Source of the DNA: a virus
Taxonomy: Duplodnaviria > Caudoviricetes
Length of the DNA: 60,688 nt
IMG/VR virus record: IMGVR_UViG_3300013006_000036
Span: 1 to 60,688 of that record
Reading direction: 5' to 3' (one strand)
A model generated the notes under the pieces. The model saw only the letters and a program-made list of their open reading frames with translations. It was not told where the DNA came from and did no database searches. Shown piece after piece: positions 56,141-60,688 of the stretch. Position 1 is the stretch's first letter. The number at the start of each line of letters is the position of its first letter. Made by a program: the position numbers and the translations under genes.

Positions 56141-57316
56141 TTAGCCTAGAATGAGAGTGTATACGTTTCCTAAATCTTGCATTACCGGTACGCTTATTGT
56201 TGCGCCGCCGCCAGTTGATAATTGCCATACTGTGCCGTCGTAGCATTCGACATATGCTAAATCAGTGTTCCACCGAGTTTCGCCTTCTTCAGGATTAACT
56301 CTTCTTTGATTTTGCGGAGTGCCAGGGGCATAATTATCGTCACCTGTTCCTGCAGGTATTACAAAACCATTTGTGCCTTGATATTTTAAATAGCCTATGC
56401 CTGTAGATGCAACAGTGATGGCAGAATTGTTAAGGTTAGTAACTATATTTCCCTGCCACTGAGTACGTTCAATTGATGTTATTCCAGTAAATGGTGTTAT
56501 TCGAATATCATCATTTGACTGCACACTGATAATTTGACCAGTAACTCCGTCCAGTCTCATCTGATCGCTAATAAGGACTGCTTGAGGTAGCACAAGATTA
56601 GCGTGTGTTAGATCATCAGCTATGTGTAACTGACTCCAACGTTTTGCAGATTGACCTAGATCATACGTGTTATCTATGCCTGGAATAATGTCTTGTGTAA
56701 AATCTGGTGCTACAATCACAACATCTAAAGGACTATCTCCAACTATGATGTTGTCTCCTGCTGATAAATCTCCAGACAGCAAAGTGTTACCAGTGACTGC
56801 TAGATTGCCTAGTATACTGGTATTGTTTTGAATAATAATTTGACCAGATGCATTAGGATTAAGCACAACACTGCCGTTGGTTGTATAATTTTTAATTGCA
56901 TTTCCGTTGATTTCAAGTTGTGCTGTTAGTACCCTGTCAAGATTGATTACAGCGCCTGCTACAACAGGACTAATATTAATAGGTCCTACAACCGTTGATA
57001 TTGTGCCGTTGGCGTTGAATATAAGATTGTCAAATATTGCTTGGTTGTCAACTATTAGATTTGTGGTTTTTGTATAACCGTTAATGTCTAAATTGACTAC
57101 TGGAGTATCGGTGTTGATACCTATACCTGTGCCAGCCAATGACGCTGGCAAAGATGAATCATAATTAGGATCTCCTACTTCGCCATCTTGTTCCCACGGC
57201 ACTATAATTGGAGAAATTTTTAAATATAATAGATCAGTGTCAAATGCTAAATCATTGCCATCTCTCAGCAGATTACTATTGAGTATTGGGCCGCTTATTC
57301 TGCCTAGTTGTGTCAT
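56141..57316 (-). CDS. Tail fibre/baseplate appendage protein (391 aa), paralog of 54969..56021
   Basis: Shares GRISG..L.SNL.RDG.DLAF.TDLLYL and GTNGFV.P.G; C-terminal YTLILG. Confidence 0.75.
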   Translation of the reverse strand: MTQLGRISGPILNSNLLRDGNDLAFDTDLLYLKISPIIVPWEQDGEVGDPNYDSSLPASLAGTGIGINTDTPVVNLDINGYTKTTNLIVDNQAIFDNLIFNANGTISTVVGPINISPVVAGAVINLDRVLTAQLEINGNAIKNYTTNGSVVLNPNASGQIIIQNNTSILGNLAVTGNTLLSGDLSAGDNIIVGDSPLDVVIVAPDFTQDIIPGIDNTYDLGQSAKRWSQLHIADDLTHANLVLPQAVLISDQMRLDGVTGQIISVQSNDDIRITPFTGITSIERTQWQGNIVTNLNNSAITVASTGIGYLKYQGTNGFVIPAGTGDDNYAPGTPQNQRRVNPEEGETRWNTDLAYVECYDGTVWQLSTGGGATISVPVMQDLGNVYTLILG

Positions 57317-57318
57317 GA

Positions 57319-57873
57319 TTAATTAGCGTAACCGTAATACACAGTGACAGTTTTACCGATCGGCACTGCATCAGAAAAACTTATATAATAACCTGCAGGA
57401 TAAGGAACACCTGCCAAATATCCTGTTGCACTGCTTGATCCAGATGGATTAAGCACTATGGTAAAATTTGTTCCGGCAATCTGCCAAACATTTTCAACTA
57501 ATACGATGATATTGTTGGCATTGGCTGTATAATCAGGAGCATAGGCAGTATTCAGTGGTCCAAATTTTGTTTCTACAAAATCTCCAGGACCATATCCTGA
57601 AGCCGTTATCGAGTTAGTTGCGGAACCTTTAACAGTTTCCCAGGCGCCACCGATATAACATTCCAATTCATTGAGAGTGGTGTTGTAGCGCAACATTCCG
57701 TTAGCACCATTGGGCATTTCAACACCTGAAAGATTGGGTCTTTGGGCTGTAGTACCTTTGGGCAATCGTATGCCGCCCACACCATCCATGGTGTAACGTC
57801 CGTAGGAATTAGCTTTGAACACGTTGTCTTTAAGACCAAATCTACTGGTGTTTTGTGTTTTTAAAAATTTCAT
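57319..57873 (-). CDS. Virion structural protein (184 aa)
   Basis: RLPKGTTAQRP..GMLRYNTT..LE.Y motif; baseplate-wedge-like V.VENV.Q..NF...I.F..AVP.G..V.V domain. Confidence 0.7.
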   Translation of the reverse strand: MKFLKTQNTSRFGLKDNVFKANSYGRYTMDGVGGIRLPKGTTAQRPNLSGVEMPNGANGMLRYNTTLNELECYIGGAWETVKGSATNSITASGYGPGDFVETKFGPLNTAYAPDYTANANNIIVLVENVWQIAGTNFTIVLNPSGSSSATGYLAGVPYPAGYYISFSDAVPIGKTVTVYYGYAN

Positions 57874-58220
57874 ACTGGTAATGTGCTTACAGTTATAGTT
57901 AATAATCCGCCGACTCCACCTGTGGAACTGGCCTGGGCCTGTACACTATCTCCGTTGCTTAAAACTACTCTTTCTTCGCTGAAGAAAACAGTTTCACCTG
58001 CAGGTATTGTCAACTTGCTTATTATTCTTGTAGCTTCAGTGCCGCCACCACCGCCATTTGGAACCAAATATAAATCTAAATCGCTAGCGCGAACTGTTTC
58101 GTCTGTGAGGTCTACTGTTCCAGTGTTGCACACAATAATTGTGGTAATTGCATTGTTGCCAGAACTTGTGTAAACTGTGGTTAGTCCTGTAGTTGTTAAT
58201 CGTGTGTTTGCGATTGCCAT
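57870..58220 (-). CDS. Small beta-rich virion protein (~110-aa family, copy 3)
   Basis: VYTS...AITTIIVCN, LYLVP and IPAGET...ERVVL.NGD motifs. Confidence 0.72.
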   Translation of the reverse strand: MAIANTRLTTTGLTTVYTSSGNNAITTIIVCNTGTVDLTDETVRASDLDLYLVPNGGGGGTEATRIISKLTIPAGETVFFSEERVVLSNGDSVQAQASSTGGVGGLLTITVSTLPV

Positions 58221-58229
58221 TTATGATCC

Positions 58230-59366
58230 TTAAAATAACATACTGAAAAGTAGTGCTCTATTTTTACTTATTAATTCATCGGTGGTAAAACTGGCATTTA
58301 CTGTGCCGTCCAATTCTATACTAGGTCTAGTGTTTCTAAAACTTAAACCAGTGGTACCAGGTCCTGGTGTAGAACCGTAAAGTATAGATGTACTGCTGAC
58401 CTGTGTTACCGGACTTCCATGATATTCAAAACTCATGGCATATGAAATCACAACCTTGCCTGTGCCGTTGGTTTCTAATCTTATGTTGGCGTTGGTGTTG
58501 TCTGACTGGATAACTACTGCACTTTGATTTTCAAAACCAGTAAGATTTGTTGAAGTTGGACCTGGGTTATAATTTCCTGACATAGCTGCTTCTATATCAG
58601 GTACTACAGGATCTTCAGTAAAAATAGTAAGACCTGTCATTTCAAAATGATCTCTAGTCATTACTGCCATACGTCTGTTGTCAACAATAAAAGCAATTTC
58701 ACTACGTGCTGGCTGAGCTATATATGGTCCTATTGCAGGTGAAAAAGATGATGCTGGCAGTGGATTTTCTTTGTCAAATACAATGACTCTGGTATCGTCT
58801 TTGGTAATTTGAAATGTGGGATTTAATTGAATTGCATCATCTACATATCGTTTGTTTGGAACATCATCATCGTCTAACACTCTCTGTTCGTAGTTTATAG
58901 TACCTGTTACTTTTACCACTCCTGTGCCGGCACCAATTAGAATTAGGTCTCCGTCGTCGGTGGCAGCATCTGTGAGAATCTGTGACAGTTTTAATTTGCT
59001 ATCTGTGTAATTAAATCCGTCTTCAGGAGTACCTTGAGCTATTTGCCAGGTTTCATTAGCTTCATCCCATAGCAAAGCAGTTGGAGCAACTTGGCTGGAG
59101 TCGATATTATAACCTCGATCTATCTGTACGCCAGAATAGCCTAGGGTAACACCTTGCCCAGTTTCACCATAGTTTAGTATGATAATATTGTCTTGAACAT
59201 TCAAATTTGTGGCTTCAACCGTAAGTGTTTCTCCCAATACAATGAGATTGCCAGTGACTCGGACTTCGCCTACATTAGGACCGGTGTCCAGCAGAATAGT
59301 ACTGCCTTCACCGGTTTTAATATTATAATCACCGCTAGATTGTACTGTGCGTCCACTCAGTGCCAT
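58230..59366 (-). CDS. Virion structural/fibre protein (378 aa)
   Basis: VTGNL.V.G..T.V..TNL.V.DNII.LN.GE.G.G...SG..IDRG motif, DDDVPNKRYVD and C-terminal ALLFSMLF. Confidence 0.72.
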   Translation of the reverse strand: MALSGRTVQSSGDYNIKTGEGSTILLDTGPNVGEVRVTGNLIVLGETLTVEATNLNVQDNIIILNYGETGQGVTLGYSGVQIDRGYNIDSSQVAPTALLWDEANETWQIAQGTPEDGFNYTDSKLKLSQILTDAATDDGDLILIGAGTGVVKVTGTINYEQRVLDDDDVPNKRYVDDAIQLNPTFQITKDDTRVIVFDKENPLPASSFSPAIGPYIAQPARSEIAFIVDNRRMAVMTRDHFEMTGLTIFTEDPVVPDIEAAMSGNYNPGPTSTNLTGFENQSAVVIQSDNTNANIRLETNGTGKVVISYAMSFEYHGSPVTQVSSTSILYGSTPGPGTTGLSFRNTRPSIELDGTVNASFTTDELISKNRALLFSMLF

Positions 59367-59380
59367 ATAATATTCCTAGA

Positions 59381-59767
59381 TTAAATTGCCGTTAGTACAA
59401 TATAGTCTGCTGAGGAATCATTCTCTAGAAACCACTTGTAGCGATTACCGCTAAAATCAGTAGCCACACGTTTGGTCAATTTAGCTATGCTAACTAAATT
59501 TGCATCAAGCATACCTGATGTGGAGCCTCGAATACGCATTTCTCCAGCTGCGGATGGTGTGCCTGTGACTAATGTATTAGTAAACAATGTTCCTGGAGTA
59601 CCTATACGAGCCACAACATAAGTTTTAGCCCCGCGTTGTTTAATTAGAATACCGTCTACTTGGTTTGTTGAACCATCATAAAACTCGCAAGTAATACCAG
59701 TTGCGGCAGCCGCTGGGGTGTTGATAACATCTACACCGTTTACATCTTTCTTTAATGCACGTCCCAT
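59381..59767 (-). CDS. Conserved virion-associated protein (128 aa)
   Basis: MGR.LKK start, G.LIKQRG...Y.V and I.KLT..VA.DF.G.RY.W motifs; strong AGGAG SD. Confidence 0.7.
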   Translation of the reverse strand: MGRALKKDVNGVDVINTPAAAATGITCEFYDGSTNQVDGILIKQRGAKTYVVARIGTPGTLFTNTLVTGTPSAAGEMRIRGSTSGMLDANLVSIAKLTKRVATDFSGNRYKWFLENDSSADYIVLTAI

Positions 59768-59856
59768 TTGTTTCTCCTAGTGATTTTTTAAATCATACGC
59801 GGCGGGTTCCGCATAAGTCCGATTTTACGGCTCTTACTTTATGATACTTTATTTAT
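59768..59856 (-). promoter_or_regulatory. Late promoter plus structured ~80-nt 5' leader
   Basis: ATAAATA at about 59850-59856, then possible stems CCG/CGG, TATGCGG/CCGCGTA and TGATTT/AAATCA, then AGGAG. Confidence 0.45.
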
Positions 59857-60122
59857 CCGCGACTCAGCATTGACATTAACTCTAGTTTTTCAACTGTGGC
59901 TAATGTTCTGTTTATAGAATCTATTTCTAGTTGTGCTTTTTCTAAGTAGCTTCTATTGTGTGTTTGTCTATACATGACCATAATTTTACTGTGCTGTTGT
60001 ATGTGCCTATCTATAATTTTTTCTATCTGTTGTACATCGTGAACAAACATAGAAAAACGTTTGCGCCAAACTGAAAATTGATTTCTCAGTTGTATAAAAT
60101 CTTTATCACTTTCTATCTGCAT
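59853..60122 (-). CDS. Hypothetical helical protein (89 aa)
   Basis: ATG at 60122, 4 nt after TAAATA; the track start 60125 is TTG. Confidence 0.68.
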   Translation of the reverse strand: MQIESDKDFIQLRNQFSVWRKRFSMFVHDVQQIEKIIDRHIQQHSKIMVMYRQTHNRSYLEKAQLEIDSINRTLATVEKLELMSMLSRG

Positions 60123-60140
60123 CAAATATTTAAGTCAAAC

Positions 60141-60164
60141 AAAAAGGCTCCGAAGAGCCTTTTT
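60141..60164 (-). terminator. Rho-independent terminator with C(UUCG)G loop after the major capsid gene
   Basis: AAAAAGGCTC-CGAA-GAGCCTTTTT; its core is identical to that of the terminator at 3456-3483. Confidence 0.9.
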
Positions 60165-60188
60165 GAACTTTGTTGTAAAAGTCAGCAA

Positions 60189-60688
60189 TTAAGCAAACTT
60201 AACATTACCACTAGTGATAGCAACGTTAGCCAAATAATCAGCTGCGTTACCTAGAGATGATGCTGTGTTGGTCAATTCAACATAACCATAACGTGTCATG
60301 AATGATACGACTGGTTCGAATGTTGATGGATCTAGTACAACTCCACTGCTCATCAATGGAATGTATGGGCAGTAGAAAGCGGCTGCGTCAGATTCTGAAG
60401 AACCTTTGTAGCCAATTAGAACTGGAGCACTGTCAGCGGCATAACCGTTAACATAGATCTTCATAGCACTGTTTAATGTACCAACAAACTTGGTGTTTGT
60501 AGGAGCTTCGAATGTACCTTCTGTTGTACGAGCAAATGCGCTTGTAGTAGCAGACTGAAGAATTGTCAATGCAAACGGACTAACAACTGCAAAGTTACCT
60601 GCACCACGACGTGTACGCTGTGCAATGATGTTGCTAGCACGATTGATCTGAACAGCTAGAGCAGCGTGTTCGTCACCAACGAAAGTAG
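60189..60688 (-). CDS. gp23: Major capsid protein (T4 gp23-like), 3' part; start outside window
   Basis: IAQRTRRGAGNFAVVS, GYKG..E.DAAAFYCPYIPL and FEP..SFMTRYG motifs. Confidence 0.95.
   Translation of the reverse strand, partial: TFVGDEHAALAVQINRASNIIAQRTRRGAGNFAVVSPFALTILQSATTSAFARTTEGTFEAPTNTKFVGTLNSAMKIYVNGYAADSAPVLIGYKGSSESDAAAFYCPYIPLMSSGVVLDPSTFEPVVSFMTRYGYVELTNTASSLGNAADYLANVAITSGNVKFA

Larger units (their letters stand above)
1..60688. mobile_element. T4-like (myovirus) bacteriophage genome segment, virion morphogenesis region
   Basis: T4-type terminase, gp4, gp13/14/15, gp18, gp19 and gp23 homologues, TAAATA late promoters and no cellular housekeeping genes. No integrase or att site seen. 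Confidence 0.96.

Noticed and set aside
1-60688. Stop-codon reassignment as seen in some jumbo phages
   Set aside because: Genes are full-length in code 11, and TAA, TGA and TAG (e.g. 19594, 36401) all serve as stops.

Overview
This window is a 60.7-kb segment of a large T4-like (myovirus, probably jumbo) bacteriophage genome, mostly on the minus strand, using the standard genetic code; the host cannot be determined from it. The left part (1-17.5 kb) is a head/packaging/tail module: terminase large and probable small subunit, gp4 head completion, tail tube, an enlarged 1210-aa sheath, dNMP kinase, gp13/gp14/gp15. The right part (37-60.7 kb) holds tail-fibre/baseplate-appendage genes and the 3' end of the major capsid gene. 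Between them (19.6-37.0 kb) lies an enzyme island with about 16 2OG-Fe(II)/JmjC oxygenases and 4 flavin-dependent (tryptophan-halogenase-like) enzymes. A perfect T4 late promoter precedes its largest operon. The island is bracketed by a fibre ending in a type-1-copper-like motif and by three tandem His-rich, Gly-rich adhesin-like paralogs. My leading hypothesis (inference) is a late-expressed system that chemically tailors virion receptor-binding proteins or makes a small molecule. Other signals: a leaderless late-gene architecture (TAA[A/G]TA-N4-5-ATG), two structured 5' leaders, and phycobiliprotein-like Cys-x-Arg-Asp repeats in the 2509-aa fibre. All family calls come from motif recognition by eye; no database searches were run.
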